This document shows positions 1 through 11,094 of a DNA stretch of 64,000 bases, in pieces. The translations under genes and the position numbers were made by a program. The notes beneath the pieces were generated by a model. The model saw nothing but the letters and a program-made list of their open reading frames with translations, did no database searches and was not told the DNA's origin. This DNA is from Thermoplasmata archaeon (GTDB lineage: Archaea; Thermoplasmatota; Thermoplasmata; Methanomassiliicoccales; Methanomethylophilaceae): contig SUSW01000033.1 in the NCBI GenBank assembly GCA_015063235.1, positions 5,773 through 69,772 on the forward strand. Reading direction: 5' to 3'. Within the stretch, counting starts at the first letter, position 1; every line of letters starts with the position of its first letter.

Positions 1-2907
1 CACAACATAAACCGTTCCGGCTTCAGGGCTACGGCTGCTCCCTATGGCTGCAGAGGCGTTACCTCCTCTGATGTCCATGAGCTTTGAGTTGTTGATCGAT
101 ATGTTCACGCCCCTCCAGTATCCGGAACCGATCGCTGCGGCTTTACTTCCGCCCTGCGCCAATTCCACTATAGAGCTGTTGATGAAAACATCTTTTCCGC
201 CGATAGCGGGACCGCCTTCGGCATCGGTCTTTCCGTACTTCGTATCGGTCTTGAAATCAGGCTGCTGGAATCCTCCGCGTGCCTCTTTGACCGTTGAATT
301 GTTCTCGATGATGACGGTCGCCCCGTCTCCGCCAATTCCGTATGCTTGTTCACCGTAGCCGTATGCATACAGTGCATTGAGTTTCGATACGATGATCGTT
401 CCTGTAAGGATGCTGAAAGACTTGTTCCCGTGGTTGCCTATTCCGCTTCCGCCGCTGCCTGCATAATCAGTATAGGATGTCCTGTAACCTTCCAGGTTGC
501 AGTACTCCTTTCCGTTGTTTCCTGTGACGTAGAGAGTACCGCTTCCCGAGATGGTCACCGTTGCACCTTCGGGCACATTGATTCCGTCCGCGTTCTTTCC
601 TCCGGTCAGGGTCACGGTTCCTCCGATGACTATGGATATCTCCGCAGCGGATTCCACCCTGATTGCAGGGATGCTGGCAGCCGCGTTGATGGTGACGTCA
701 TACAATGTAATCTGATGCAGCTCTCCCGACGAGTGCTCTACATTATCCTTCGAATAGATCACGGTGTTGTCCGACTTGACGATGATGTAATCATACGTTC
801 CGGTGAACTCGTTAGGGCTCTCTGTCGAGGGGCTGCTTGCTGATGACGTGTACTTGATTCCAGCGTTGCTGTTGCTGTTGTTCTCGATTATCGTGTTGTT
901 CTGTAGTCTTCCCGAAATCACTCCGGCATTGCCTCCGTCGATATCGACTATGATCGTTGCGAAGGATACATCGCATCCTTTGATGCTCAGAGATAATACG
1001 TTCTCCTGGATGTTGCCTGCGATGCCCCCTACATCCCTGTACGAGGAGATCACGGCGTGGAATACTCTGCAGTTCAGGATGTCGGCATCGGCCATGCCTG
1101 CGATACCTCCGGCGTTGTTGCCCAGATAGGTTATCGAGTACGGGATTGATTCATCGATTCTGTCGCATTTGATTCCGATGTATTCGGCACTAGAATCCAT
1201 TATGGGTGAAGTCTGGTATCCTGCGATACCTCCCACATATCTGTTACCGGAAACGTTGGTGTGCATTATCTTGATACCAGACGCAGAGCTCCCCAGATAT
1301 CCTGAGAGAGCAGCTACGTATTCGGTTCCGTAGATCTCCGCTACATCGATTGTGATGTCCTTTATGGTTCCGCCGGCGGTGTAGCCGAAGAGGCCTGCAT
1401 AGTTCCCTGATGAGATCTGCAACTGTTTGACCGTGTAGCCTTTACCGTCGAAGTTTCCCTTGAACGGTGCTGAGGAGTTTCCGATAGGAGTCCACTCTTT
1501 CATTCCTAGGTCGATGTCGTGTCCGAGGATGAATGCGGTTCCGGAGAATCCGTTCTTCGACGAATTGTACTTGGCAATCCAAGCAAGTTCCGATGCGAGG
1601 TTGATGACATACTTCCCATCGATCATCTTCGGTTCTTTGACCTCTGTCCCGTTCCACTCGTAAGGGGAGATTACGGAGGTAATCGACGCTTCTTTGGTGT
1701 CGGCATGGTTCCCGTCTCCCACTATCCTGTAGTATATCGTGTAGGTGCCGGGCTCGGTTGCCGAGGGTATGTTTGTTGAATATTCTCCAGTGGAGAGTCT
1801 GTAGTATGCGGTGCCGCCCGCCGCTTCACCAGCCGTGATGAGGCTGTGCTCATAACCATCGAACGATGATATGCTTGAGGCCGGCATGACGGACCATGAG
1901 GACGAGCTGGTCATGATAGAGAAGATGCCGTCCTCGAATATCACGAGGTAGTTGCCTTGGAGTCTCTCCCCGGTGACGTTGATGATGTATGAGCCGACCG
2001 ATTCTCCGGCTTGGCGTGTAATTGAATAAATGATGTTGGATCCGCCTGTGACGGTAGCAGTCAGTACCGGGTCGCCGTCGCCGAACATCTTGGATGTGCT
2101 GTCGGCTTTTACGGTGACGATCTGCGTATAGATGTATAGGACGCCGCTTTCGTACCTTATCTCGTAGTTGCCCTGGACTGTCTGTCCGGATGCGATGATC
2201 CTGTATGCCCCTACATCCTCCCCTATCTCTCTGGATAGGGAATAATCGACGGTATCTCCGTTAATGAGCCCTTTCACATCGGCGATGAAAGCAGGGTCTC
2301 TGGTTCCATAGCTTTTGGTAAGGTCTTCAGCTGTGACCGTTACGAGTTTCCTCTCGATGGTCAGAGTCGAGTCGCTGAATACGATTTCGTAATTTCCTTG
2401 GGATGATTCCCCGGTCACATGTATTCCGTATGTGCCGGCGGATTCGCCCGCTTCGCGGTCCACTGAGTAAAGAATGGTATCTCCTGAAACGATTCCGCTC
2501 TCATTGACCTTGAGCTCGGGATCGTTCTGACCGTATGTCTTCGTCACAGGTTCTGCAGAGACTGTCGCGACCCTTTTCGCGATTGTTACTTGGAATGTTC
2601 CCGTATCTATCTCATCACCGATATGGTCCAGGGTTCTGTAGGTGATTGACAATGTTCCCGCATCCTTCCACTGTGGGATATCTTGGGAGTATGCACCGCC
2701 GTCGATGCTGAACATGACCGTGTCTTTCGTTTCCGAGACTATCACAAGGTCCTGCATGGTCCCGTCGTAGACCAGGTCCTGAGCAGGTTGGACGGTAGGC
2801 CCAGCATCGGAAGGGCTGTTGTCCAGAATCATGAATATTCCGCCTGCTAGGGCGAGAGTTATTACCACTGTCACCAAAATTATTGGTATACGATCATGGT
2901 CCAGCAT
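1..2907 (-). CDS. Large adhesin-like surface protein (N-terminal membrane anchor, MBG-like repeats, GLUG-like motifs); continues beyond the left edge
   Basis: ATG at 2907 reads MLDHDRIPIILVTVVITLALAGGIFMIL..., followed by repeated K.YG..DP...GE..G.Y.I units and GGIAG motifs. Absent from the ORF track because no stop lies inside the window. Confidence 0.8.
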   Translation of the reverse strand, partial: MLDHDRIPIILVTVVITLALAGGIFMILDNSPSDAGPTVQPAQDLVYDGTMQDLVIVSETKDTVMFSIDGGAYSQDIPQWKDAGTLSITYRTLDHIGDEIDTGTFQVTIAKRVATVSAEPVTKTYGQNDPELKVNESGIVSGDTILYSVDREAGESAGTYGIHVTGESSQGNYEIVFSDSTLTIERKLVTVTAEDLTKSYGTRDPAFIADVKGLINGDTVDYSLSREIGEDVGAYRIIASGQTVQGNYEIRYESGVLYIYTQIVTVKADSTSKMFGDGDPVLTATVTGGSNIIYSITRQAGESVGSYIINVTGERLQGNYLVIFEDGIFSIMTSSSSWSVMPASSISSFDGYEHSLITAGEAAGGTAYYRLSTGEYSTNIPSATEPGTYTIYYRIVGDGNHADTKEASITSVISPYEWNGTEVKEPKMIDGKYVINLASELAWIAKYNSSKNGFSGTAFILGHDIDLGMKEWTPIGNSSAPFKGNFDGKGYTVKQLQISSGNYAGLFGYTAGGTIKDITIDVAEIYGTEYVAALSGYLGSSASGIKIMHTNVSGNRYVGGIAGYQTSPIMDSSAEYIGIKCDRIDESIPYSITYLGNNAGGIAGMADADILNCRVFHAVISSYRDVGGIAGNIQENVLSLSIKGCDVSFATIIVDIDGGNAGVISGRLQNNTIIENNSNSNAGIKYTSSASSPSTESPNEFTGTYDYIIVKSDNTVIYSKDNVEHSSGELHQITLYDVTINAAASIPAIRVESAAEISIVIGGTVTLTGGKNADGINVPEGATVTISGSGTLYVTGNNGKEYCNLEGYRTSYTDYAGSGGSGIGNHGNKSFSILTGTIIVSKLNALYAYGYGEQAYGIGGDGATVIIENNSTVKEARGGFQQPDFKTDTKYGKTDAEGGPAIGGKDVFINSSIVELAQGGSKAAAIGSGYWRGVNISINNSKLMDIRGGNASAAIGSSRSPEAGTVYVV

Positions 2908-3185
2908 AGTCAATCACTTATTACTTACGCCCATCTAACTGCTCATCCTATTTATTCTTGCTCAATTTTTATGCGGAACGTGTCAAAATACTGACAAATT
3001 CAGACAGATCCTGAGACAATTATGCAGATTATGTTCGATATGCAGCACAGTAGACCGTCATAGGTGATGGAAGAAGCTGCTACATTTCCGGGACCAATCT
3101 CCCCACCTATTATATATCACGGGCTTATAATGAAGTATAAGCACAGCAAGAGCTCGTGTCTTTTCTCACAATTGGGAGATTAACT

Positions 3186-3818
3186 ATGACTGAGGATACT
3201 CTTAAGACCGGTACAACGACAATCGGACTGAAACTGAAGGACGGAGTAATTCTGGCCACTGACCAGAGGGCCACAATGGGCAACCTGATCGCCGACAATC
3301 ACTGCCAGAAGCTATTCCCAATAGCAGACAACCTCGGTATGACCATTGCCGGAGGTGTAGGGGACGCGCAGCTTCTTGTACGCTATCTGCAGAGCGAGAT
3401 CTCGATATACAAGATGAGGAAGGGTGCACCTATGTCGGTCCAGACGGCAGCTACCATGATCGGTAATATTCTCCGTCAGGGTTTCTACGTTGCACCCCTC
3501 GTGGGAGGATACGACGCAAAGGGAGGACACATCTTCTCAGTCGACATGGCAGGAGGGGTTCTGGAGGACAACTACACATCGTCCGGATCCGGTTCAGTAT
3601 TCGCCCTTGGTGCCCTGGAGTCGGCATATAAGCCTGACATGACCAAGGATCAGGGAATCAACTGTGCGATTACGGCTCTCAATTCCGCCAGGAGGAGGGA
3701 CAACTATTCAGGGGACGGATTCCTCGTCGCATACATTGGACCTGACGGATACGAAGACATCCCTCGCGATGAGATCATCTCACGCTGTGAGAAGCTCGGA
3801 TTCAAATTCCCCAACTGA
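3186..3818 (+). CDS. psmB: Proteasome subunit beta
   Basis: LKTG-TTTIG propeptide/catalytic Thr, DQRAT, GSGS motifs. Confidence 0.95.
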   Translation: MTEDTLKTGTTTIGLKLKDGVILATDQRATMGNLIADNHCQKLFPIADNLGMTIAGGVGDAQLLVRYLQSEISIYKMRKGAPMSVQTAATMIGNILRQGFYVAPLVGGYDAKGGHIFSVDMAGGVLEDNYTSSGSGSVFALGALESAYKPDMTKDQGINCAITALNSARRRDNYSGDGFLVAYIGPDGYEDIPRDEIISRCEKLGFKFPN

Positions 3819-3905
3819 TAAGATCAGTTGCTGACAAACCATTTCTTCTCAACCCTTTTCCCTTTAAACCGCTCAAAACTCAACTTTTCAAAGCTGGATT
3901 TGAAA

Positions 3906-5810
3906 ATGAACGTAGACAGACTATTCGAGAACCTGACCGAGGAAGTCAAGAGGACCGTCCCGTCGGACATGAAGATCACCGCCATTAGGTTCGAAGGACC
4001 GCTGGTCGTGGTGTACACCGACGAGTATGAGAAATTCTCTGCCGACGACACTCTGGCGAGGACAATAGCGCAGACCATCCACCGCAGGGTAGATATCAGA
4101 CCCGACCCGTCTACGCTGGAGGATGCAGACAAGGTGGAAGCCAAGATCAGGAAGATGATCCCGGAGAAGGCAGAGATATTCGACATCAACTTCGTGGAGG
4201 AGACCGGACAGGCCATCGTTGAGGCTATCAATCCCAGCGAGGTCGTCGGAAAGGAAGGGCAACTTCTGACAGAGCTCAGGAAGGAGACCGGATGGAACAT
4301 CAAGGTCATGAGGGCACCGCCGATACCTTCCAAGACGGTATCCGATGTCAGAGGGTATCTCCGTGCCAACCATGACGAGAGGCAGGAGATGCTCACATAC
4401 GTTGCGAGAAGGATCGCCAGGCCCAAGCTCGAGGGAGAGCAGTGGGTCAGGATGACCGCCATGGGGGGTTTCAGGCAGGTCGGAAGGTCCGCTTCGCTGC
4501 TGACCACAAGGGAATCCAAGATCCTCATAGACTGCGGATTGGACCCGTCATCAGATGCAACGCCCTATTTCGCAATCCCTGAGGCACAACCTCTTTCGGA
4601 TATAGATGCAGTCGTCATCACACATGCCCACCTGGACCATTGCGGAACACTTCCAGCATTGTTCAAGTATGGTTACAAGGGGCCGGTCTACTGTACGCCG
4701 CCCACCAGGGATCTGATGGCGCTTCTTCAGCTGGACAACATTAAGCTGGGGTTCGGCGAGGACAAGAAGACGCCCTACGATGCATCCCACGTCAGGCAGG
4801 AGATCCTGCACACAATCACATTGAAGTACAACGAGACCACCGACATCGCCCCGGACGTCAGGCTCACGTTCCACAACGCCGGACACATTCTCGGATCTGC
4901 TATAGCGCACTTCCATATCGGCGACGGACTCCACAACGTAGCATTCTCAGGAGATACCAAGTACGAGAAGACCTGGCTGTTCAACCCTGCTAACAACAGG
5001 TTCCCCAGGCTCGAGACACTGGTCATAGAATCCACATACGGAGGGCACAATGATGTCACCCCTACCAGGGCAGAGGCATCAGAGGAGATGGGTAACCTGC
5101 TCCAGAAGGCCACCGCGAAAGGCGGAAAAGTATTGATCCCCGTATTCGCAGTGGGAAGGTCTCAGGAGGTCATGCTTGTGATCGAGGAGCAGATGCGCTC
5201 CGGAAAGATTCCCAAGTGCCCAGTCTACCTCGATGGAATGATCTGGGAGGCTACCGCCATCCATACTGCATATCCTGAATATCTCAACAGTTCCCTGAGG
5301 ACACAGATCTTCCAGCAGAACGAGAACCCGTTCCTTTCACCCATATTCAAGAGGGTGGAGACCGCGGATATGAGGGAGGAGATATGCCACTCGCCCGACC
5401 CATGCATCGTTCTCGCAACATCTGGTATGATGTCAGGAGGGCCCGTCATGGAGTACTTCCGCGAATGGGCTGATGATGAGGACAACTGGCTGCTGTTTGT
5501 AGGATACCAGTCGGAGGGGTCCATCGGAAGGACCATACAGAGGGGACGTTCCGAGATTACGCTCAACATGAAGGGCAAACCTATCGATCTGCAGATCAAG
5601 ATGCAGAGGGTGACAGTGGATGGATTCTCGGGTCACTCCGACAGGAAGCAGCTGATGAGGTACATCTCGTCGCTCGAACCCAAGCCCAATAAGATCATCA
5701 TCGGTCATGGCGAGGACAAGAAGTGTACTGATTTCGCTTCATCGATCTACAAGAAGTTCGGAATTGAGACCAAAGCCCCGCAGAACCTTGAGACCATTAG
5801 GCTCAGATGA
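3906..5810 (+). CDS. Beta-CASP ribonuclease aCPSF1 (FttA transcription termination factor)
   Basis: N-terminal KH domains, HAHLDH, AGHILGS, FSGHSD motifs; usual position after psmB. Confidence 0.95.
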   Translation: MNVDRLFENLTEEVKRTVPSDMKITAIRFEGPLVVVYTDEYEKFSADDTLARTIAQTIHRRVDIRPDPSTLEDADKVEAKIRKMIPEKAEIFDINFVEETGQAIVEAINPSEVVGKEGQLLTELRKETGWNIKVMRAPPIPSKTVSDVRGYLRANHDERQEMLTYVARRIARPKLEGEQWVRMTAMGGFRQVGRSASLLTTRESKILIDCGLDPSSDATPYFAIPEAQPLSDIDAVVITHAHLDHCGTLPALFKYGYKGPVYCTPPTRDLMALLQLDNIKLGFGEDKKTPYDASHVRQEILHTITLKYNETTDIAPDVRLTFHNAGHILGSAIAHFHIGDGLHNVAFSGDTKYEKTWLFNPANNRFPRLETLVIESTYGGHNDVTPTRAEASEEMGNLLQKATAKGGKVLIPVFAVGRSQEVMLVIEEQMRSGKIPKCPVYLDGMIWEATAIHTAYPEYLNSSLRTQIFQQNENPFLSPIFKRVETADMREEICHSPDPCIVLATSGMMSGGPVMEYFREWADDEDNWLLFVGYQSEGSIGRTIQRGRSEITLNMKGKPIDLQIKMQRVTVDGFSGHSDRKQLMRYISSLEPKPNKIIIGHGEDKKCTDFASSIYKKFGIETKAPQNLETIRLR

Positions 5811-5853
5811 AATTATTTCCCCGGGAGACCGGGGCCTTTATTCTAGATAATTA

Positions 5854-5882
5854 AGTAACACGAATTATAAATTAGTGTTACT
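5854..5882. repeat. 29-bp quasi-palindrome, copy 1 (AGTAACACGAATTATAAATTAGTGTTACT)
   Basis: Near-identical to 24168-24196 and 37135-37163; between convergent genes. Confidence 0.85.
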
Positions 5883-5971
5883 TATCTATACCATCGTGGC
5901 TTCTTCGAAAGTCAGAAGAAATGTGAAAGAAAGGGGTTGGACCTGCCGGATGTACCGGCAGGAGTGGAAAA

Positions 5972-6511
5972 TCACCAGTTGGTTGCCCTGACCTCGAAGA
6001 AGGACTGGGCGTGCTTGCAGACGGGACAGACGGCGGGGGCCTCTTCGCCTACGTGGATGTATCCGCAGTTCCTGCATTTCCACATGACAACCTTGTCCTT
6101 CTTAAAGACGATTCCTTCCTCGATGTTCTTCAGGAGTGCAAGGTATCTCTCCTCGTGCTCCTTCTCGATCGCTCCGACCATCTCGAAGAGCTTTGCGATC
6201 TCCGTGAATCCCTCGGCCTTAGCAGTCTCGGCGAACTCCTTGTACATGGTGGTGTGCTCGTAGTTCTCTCCGGATGCTGCGTCCTTCAGGTTCTCGACAG
6301 TCTTGGGGACCTTTCCGTCATGGAGCTGCTTGAACCAGATTTTAGCGTGCTCCTTCTCGTTCTCTGCGGTCTCGAGGAAGATGTCTGCTATCTGTTCGTA
6401 GCCCTCTTTCTTAGCCTGAGAGGCGTAGTAGGTGTACTTGTTCCTTGCCTGGCTCTCACCAGCGAATGCGGCCATAAGGTTGGCCTCTGTCTTGGATCCT
6501 TTTAGTTCCAT
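5972..6511 (-). CDS. rbr: Rubrerythrin
   Basis: [19 protein letters not shown]; C-terminal CRNCG...CPVC rubredoxin domain. Confidence 0.95.
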   Translation of the reverse strand: MELKGSKTEANLMAAFAGESQARNKYTYYASQAKKEGYEQIADIFLETAENEKEHAKIWFKQLHDGKVPKTVENLKDAASGENYEHTTMYKEFAETAKAEGFTEIAKLFEMVGAIEKEHEERYLALLKNIEEGIVFKKDKVVMWKCRNCGYIHVGEEAPAVCPVCKHAQSFFEVRATNW

Positions 6512-6636
6512 GATAAACCTCTGACATCACATATCCTGTCTTGTTTAAAAACAATGGCCCGTTAGGTTCACCTGAATTGAAACTGATATTGACTCTACCT
6601 GCTCATAATTAAAATCCAAGATACTCATGTACGATT

Positions 6637-7113
6637 ATGCGCGGTTCCTGCATCTGGTCGTTCCTCACCCTTATCGGTACAGTCAGTATCAGCGAGGACG
6701 GAAATGGGATGATCACCGGGGTGTATCTCCCTTGCAGCAACCTCCCTCCCATGGACCAGTATGAGACCGATGCTCTCATGGAGGCAGCCAGGCAGATTAA
6801 CCAATACCTCGCAGGCAAGAGGATGGAATTCGATCTGGATCTCCGTTACGACGGTTCGGATTTCAGGTCCAGGGTCATGGAGGAGCTCAACCGTATCCCG
6901 TACGGAGAGATTCGCACCTACAAGCAGATCGCAGATGCCATTGGATATCCCAATTCCATGCGTGCGGTCGGCACGGCTTGCGGGGACAATCCTCTGCCAA
7001 TTCTGGTTCCCTGCCATCGCGTAATACCCTCTGCAGGAGGCATCGGCAATTATTCCGGGGGGATAGCTCTCAAGAGGAGGCTACTTGAATTGGAGGGTGT
7101 CAGGATTGATTGA
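6637..7113 (+). CDS. ogt: Methylated-DNA-protein-cysteine methyltransferase
   Basis: IPYGEIRTY, RAVG, PCHRV active site. Confidence 0.93.
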   Translation: MRGSCIWSFLTLIGTVSISEDGNGMITGVYLPCSNLPPMDQYETDALMEAARQINQYLAGKRMEFDLDLRYDGSDFRSRVMEELNRIPYGEIRTYKQIADAIGYPNSMRAVGTACGDNPLPILVPCHRVIPSAGGIGNYSGGIALKRRLLELEGVRID

Positions 7114-7807
7114 CTACCGCCGTATGCTGAAGGAGAATGCCGAGCCCGAATACGCTGCATTCAGTTCCAAGCTGATCCCGGGGAAAGAAGGTATAATCGG
7201 TGTCCGCATCCCTGTGATAAGGAATATAGCCAGATCTATCGTGGAGGATGATTGGGAAGCCTTTCTTCAGGACACTCCAGAGAACTTCGAGGAGGAGATG
7301 CTCAGAGGCCTAGTCATCGCGACCGCCCCCATGGACACGGATCGCAGGATAATGCTGACGGAATCCCATCTGGATATTATCGATAACTGGTCCGCCTGCG
7401 ACAGCTTCTGTACAAGCTGGAAGGTCCCTAAGAAGGACTCGGCGAGGATCTACGATTATTTTTCGGCGCTGATGGACTCCGGAACGGAGTACAGGATGAG
7501 GGTCTCGCTGATCATGAGGATGGACCATTTCCTTGACGGAGACCATGTGGACGGCATATTGGACGATATCGTCAGCTACCGTCATGAGGGCTATTATTAC
7601 AAGATGGGGGCGGCATGGGCCATATCTTTCTGTTACATCAAGTTCCCCAAGGTCACGGAAGAGCGTCTCAAGGATCCGAAAATGGATGACTGGGTATGCA
7701 ATAAATCCATACAGAAGATACGCGAGTCCTACCGTGTCCCCGATGTATGCAAGGAGAGACTGAGACGGCTGAGACGTATGCACGGGAACCGAACGTTCGT
7801 GCAATAG
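7106..7807 (+). CDS. DNA alkylation repair protein (AlkD-like). Ends in TAG; read-through would add two residues before TAA at 7811-7813
   Basis: GVRIP, IDNWSACD, YYYKMGAAWA, NKSIQK motifs; start codon uncertain. Confidence 0.8.
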   Translation: MIDYRRMLKENAEPEYAAFSSKLIPGKEGIIGVRIPVIRNIARSIVEDDWEAFLQDTPENFEEEMLRGLVIATAPMDTDRRIMLTESHLDIIDNWSACDSFCTSWKVPKKDSARIYDYFSALMDSGTEYRMRVSLIMRMDHFLDGDHVDGILDDIVSYRHEGYYYKMGAAWAISFCYIKFPKVTEERLKDPKMDDWVCNKSIQKIRESYRVPDVCKERLRRLRRMHGNRTFVQ

Positions 7808-7837
7808 TTATAAAAATAAGTCGGCTATGTAAGCCGT

Positions 7838-8899
7838 ATGGGGTCCAAGGTAGGCATATTATTCGCAGTGGCCGTATTGGCTGTCGCGTTCCTCGTTCCA
7901 GCAATGGGAACGGATGCTGACGGTGGACTCTTTAGCTATAAGTCGCAGCTGGATGAAAACGGCCTCCACGTGTACAAGGAGGTCGCTGGTTCGGATAACG
8001 TGGCCGAGGACACCAAGACTTTCGTCATCGATTTCGTGGAGTCTACACTGTACTCCGAGGAGGAGATGGCGAAGAAGTATGCCAACAGGACCGTCCAGAA
8101 TGCGCTCGCTGCCGCATACCTCTCGAATCCGATGGTGGCCTACCTGTGGAACTATCCCGTCACAGACGTGTCCGTCGATGCGACGATCTCCAAAGTGACC
8201 GTCACATCGGAGGCCGGGGAGCAGACCTATTACACGGTCGCCAAGGTATCCTTCTCGCTGACCGTACCCGAGGGCATCACAGCCGATTCGATGAAGGAGC
8301 TGGACGAGGCGATAAAAGGATACAGCATAAGCGGCGGTTCGGATGCTGACAAGGTATCCGACATAATGTCGCAACTCGACAAGTTGAAATTCAAGCAGGA
8401 TGAGGAAGGCAAGATCAGCAATATCTACGATGCGCTTGTGAAGAAAGAGGCGACCTCCGCAGGTATCGCCCAGGCTTTCATGCAGTTCTGCAACCTCAAC
8501 AATATCCCGTCCGTCATAGTCGCAGGCGACAACATGAAGGCGGACAAGGAGACGAAGAGCTTCTGGAACAATGTGTATCTGGAGGGGGATCACAAGGGTG
8601 AGACCTATTTCGCCTGGTACGTCGTGGATCCGACCTACTTCGTCAGCGCAGGGATATGCGGGTATCAGACACCCGTTGAGTACGACGGAGGAACATATTC
8701 AATGTCGGCCTTGCTGAACACGAATCTCAATCTGTCCAGCGAGAACGACCTAACAGCGCCGCAGCTGACTGCGGACAAGTACGTGCGCCCGGGGGGACCG
8801 TCATTCCTCGACCAGCACGGTGAGAAATTGTTATTGGCGGGCATAGGTGTGGTTCTCGCAGTGGGAATGCTCTATGCGGTCAGGAAAGGAATCTACTGA
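7838..8899 (+). CDS. Membrane-anchored surface protein with a degenerate transglutaminase-like domain
   Basis: Signal peptide, C-terminal TM helix; SAGIAQAF...FWNNV...WYVVDPT resemble TGase motifs lacking the catalytic Cys and His. Confidence 0.6.
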   Translation: MGSKVGILFAVAVLAVAFLVPAMGTDADGGLFSYKSQLDENGLHVYKEVAGSDNVAEDTKTFVIDFVESTLYSEEEMAKKYANRTVQNALAAAYLSNPMVAYLWNYPVTDVSVDATISKVTVTSEAGEQTYYTVAKVSFSLTVPEGITADSMKELDEAIKGYSISGGSDADKVSDIMSQLDKLKFKQDEEGKISNIYDALVKKEATSAGIAQAFMQFCNLNNIPSVIVAGDNMKADKETKSFWNNVYLEGDHKGETYFAWYVVDPTYFVSAGICGYQTPVEYDGGTYSMSALLNTNLNLSSENDLTAPQLTADKYVRPGGPSFLDQHGEKLLLAGIGVVLAVGMLYAVRKGIY

Positions 8900-8921
8900 A
8901 AATGAGGAGAAACGGGGAACA

Positions 8922-11003
8922 ATGACAGACGTGAAAGAGAAATCCAAATTGTCGGTCGAGGAATGGGTGGATCAGCAGACGTTCGAGACAACGGATGACA
9001 TAGAGATCCCGAAGATGATGGCCGACCGTGTCATCGGACAGGAAAGGGCAGTCGAGATAATGAGGAAGGCGGCCTTTCAGAAGAGGCACGTGATGCTTAT
9101 AGGAGAGCCCGGTACCGGAAAATCGATGCTGGCTAATTCCATGGTGGAGTATCTTCCCAAGGAGGATCTGGAAGACATCGTTGCATATCATAACCCCGAG
9201 GATTTCAACGAGCCCAGGATCAGGACCTTCCCTGCAGGAAAGGGAAAGCAGGTGGTCAATGAGCAGAAGGCCGCCGCAGCAGCCCAGAAGAATCAGAAGA
9301 ACTCCGCTTACATCTACATATGCATCGCACTGATAGTCCTCGGACTCATCGGTGCGCTGTTCTTCGGATATACAATCGCGCTCATCGCGTTCATGGGTGT
9401 GTTCCTCATACTCATTCTGTACAGGAACCCCATGCAGCAGAGGAACGAGGTCGCAATCGTCCCCAAGGTCCTTGTAGGACATGAGCCAGGGGATATGCCG
9501 CCGTTCGTAGATGCGACGGGAACCCATGCCGGTGCTCTGCTCGGAGACGTCAGGCACGACCCCTTCCAGTCCGGAGGATTGGAGACGCCGTCCCATGACA
9601 GGATCGAGGCAGGATGCATACACAAAGCGAACAAGGGTGTGCTGTACATGGATGAGATCAACCTCCTCAGGATCGAGTCCCAGCAGGCAATCCTTACCGC
9701 AATGCAGGAGAAGAAGATGTCCATCACTGGTCAGTCCGAGAGGTCGTCCGGCGCTCTGGTCAAGTCCGAGCCCGTACCCTGCGATTTTATCCTGGTATGC
9801 GCAGGCAACCTGGACGCTATCCAGGGAATGCATCCGGCACTCAGGTCAAGGATAAGGGGATACGGATACGAGGTCTTCATGGAGACCAACATGCCAGACA
9901 CGGACGAGAACCGTCAGAACATCGTCAGGTTCGTTGCCCAGGAAGTCAAGAAGGACGAGAAGATACCTCCGTTTGACAAGTATGCCGTAGGAGAGATTCT
10001 CAGAGAGGGACAGCGCCGTTCCGGAAAGAAGGGCGAGATCACCCTCAGGATGAGGGAGCTCGGAGGTCTTATCCGTATCGCGGGAGATATGGCTGTCAAC
10101 AAGGGAGACAAGGTCGTCTCATCTGAACATGTCATGGCTGCCAGGGAGACTGCGCGCAGTCTTGAGCAGCAGATTGCAGATAAACAGATCGAGGGCATGA
10201 TGAGGTACCAGCTCTTCCGCAACGAGGGAGAGGCAGTCGGACTCATCAACGGTCTGGCGGTCCTGTCCAACGGAAACTCCTCGGAGATGTCCGGAATGGT
10301 CATGCCGCTGGCAGCGGAAGTCACGCCTGCCATCAGTAAGAAAGGCGGAAAGATCATCGCCACTGGACAGCTGGGAAAGATCGCTCAGGAAGCTGTCGAC
10401 AACATCGCAGCCGTCATCAAGAAGTACACCCAGACGGACCTGTCCGAACTGGATATCCATTTGGAGTATGTTGCTGCCTACAACGGAGTCGACGGGGACA
10501 GCGCATCCGTCACGATGGCCACTGTCATCATATCCGCGCTGGAGAACATCCCAATCAGACAGGATCTGGCTATGACTGGTTCGCTGAATGTCAGGGGAAC
10601 GGTCATGCCCATCGGCGGAGTCACCGCCAAGCTCGAGGCAGCCGCCAATTCCGGAATCAAGGTCGCACTGATCCCGGCGGAGAATGAGAAGGACGTCATG
10701 ATCGACAGGAAGTACTACGACATGATGGAAATCTATACGATGACAACGCTCCGCGATGTCTTCGAGTACGCCTTCGTCGACTGTCCTGCCAAGCAGAAGT
10801 ACATGGATGCCCTACTCCCGCTGAACCCCAGCGGAGAATCCAGTGCCCGCAGGGTCCCGATACCCGCAAGGTACAAGAAGGACGAGGTTGCCGAGAAAGC
10901 TCCCAAGGAGGAAGCGCAGCCCGAGGCAGTCGAAATCGTGGAGGAAGCTCCTGCCGAATCCGTTCCGGAACCGGTAGAAGTCACCGTCGAATACACAGAA
11001 TGA
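8922..11003 (+). CDS. lonB: Archaeal membrane-bound Lon protease
   Basis: GEPGTGKS Walker A, two TM helices, DGDSAS catalytic Ser, GGVTAK Lys. Confidence 0.95.
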   Translation: MTDVKEKSKLSVEEWVDQQTFETTDDIEIPKMMADRVIGQERAVEIMRKAAFQKRHVMLIGEPGTGKSMLANSMVEYLPKEDLEDIVAYHNPEDFNEPRIRTFPAGKGKQVVNEQKAAAAAQKNQKNSAYIYICIALIVLGLIGALFFGYTIALIAFMGVFLILILYRNPMQQRNEVAIVPKVLVGHEPGDMPPFVDATGTHAGALLGDVRHDPFQSGGLETPSHDRIEAGCIHKANKGVLYMDEINLLRIESQQAILTAMQEKKMSITGQSERSSGALVKSEPVPCDFILVCAGNLDAIQGMHPALRSRIRGYGYEVFMETNMPDTDENRQNIVRFVAQEVKKDEKIPPFDKYAVGEILREGQRRSGKKGEITLRMRELGGLIRIAGDMAVNKGDKVVSSEHVMAARETARSLEQQIADKQIEGMMRYQLFRNEGEAVGLINGLAVLSNGNSSEMSGMVMPLAAEVTPAISKKGGKIIATGQLGKIAQEAVDNIAAVIKKYTQTDLSELDIHLEYVAAYNGVDGDSASVTMATVIISALENIPIRQDLAMTGSLNVRGTVMPIGGVTAKLEAAANSGIKVALIPAENEKDVMIDRKYYDMMEIYTMTTLRDVFEYAFVDCPAKQKYMDALLPLNPSGESSARRVPIPARYKKDEVAEKAPKEEAQPEAVEIVEEAPAESVPEPVEVTVEYTE

Positions 11004-11094
11004 AACCTTTCACAGCCCCTTCGGGGGCCATTATTAATAACGCGCGCAGGCGCACAATATTATAAGCACGAGCGTAATCCTTGAAACGGTTAAA

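Noticed and set aside
44-1779. Several + strand ORFs in the track
   Set aside because: They are antisense shadows of the minus-strand adhesin gene 1-2907.
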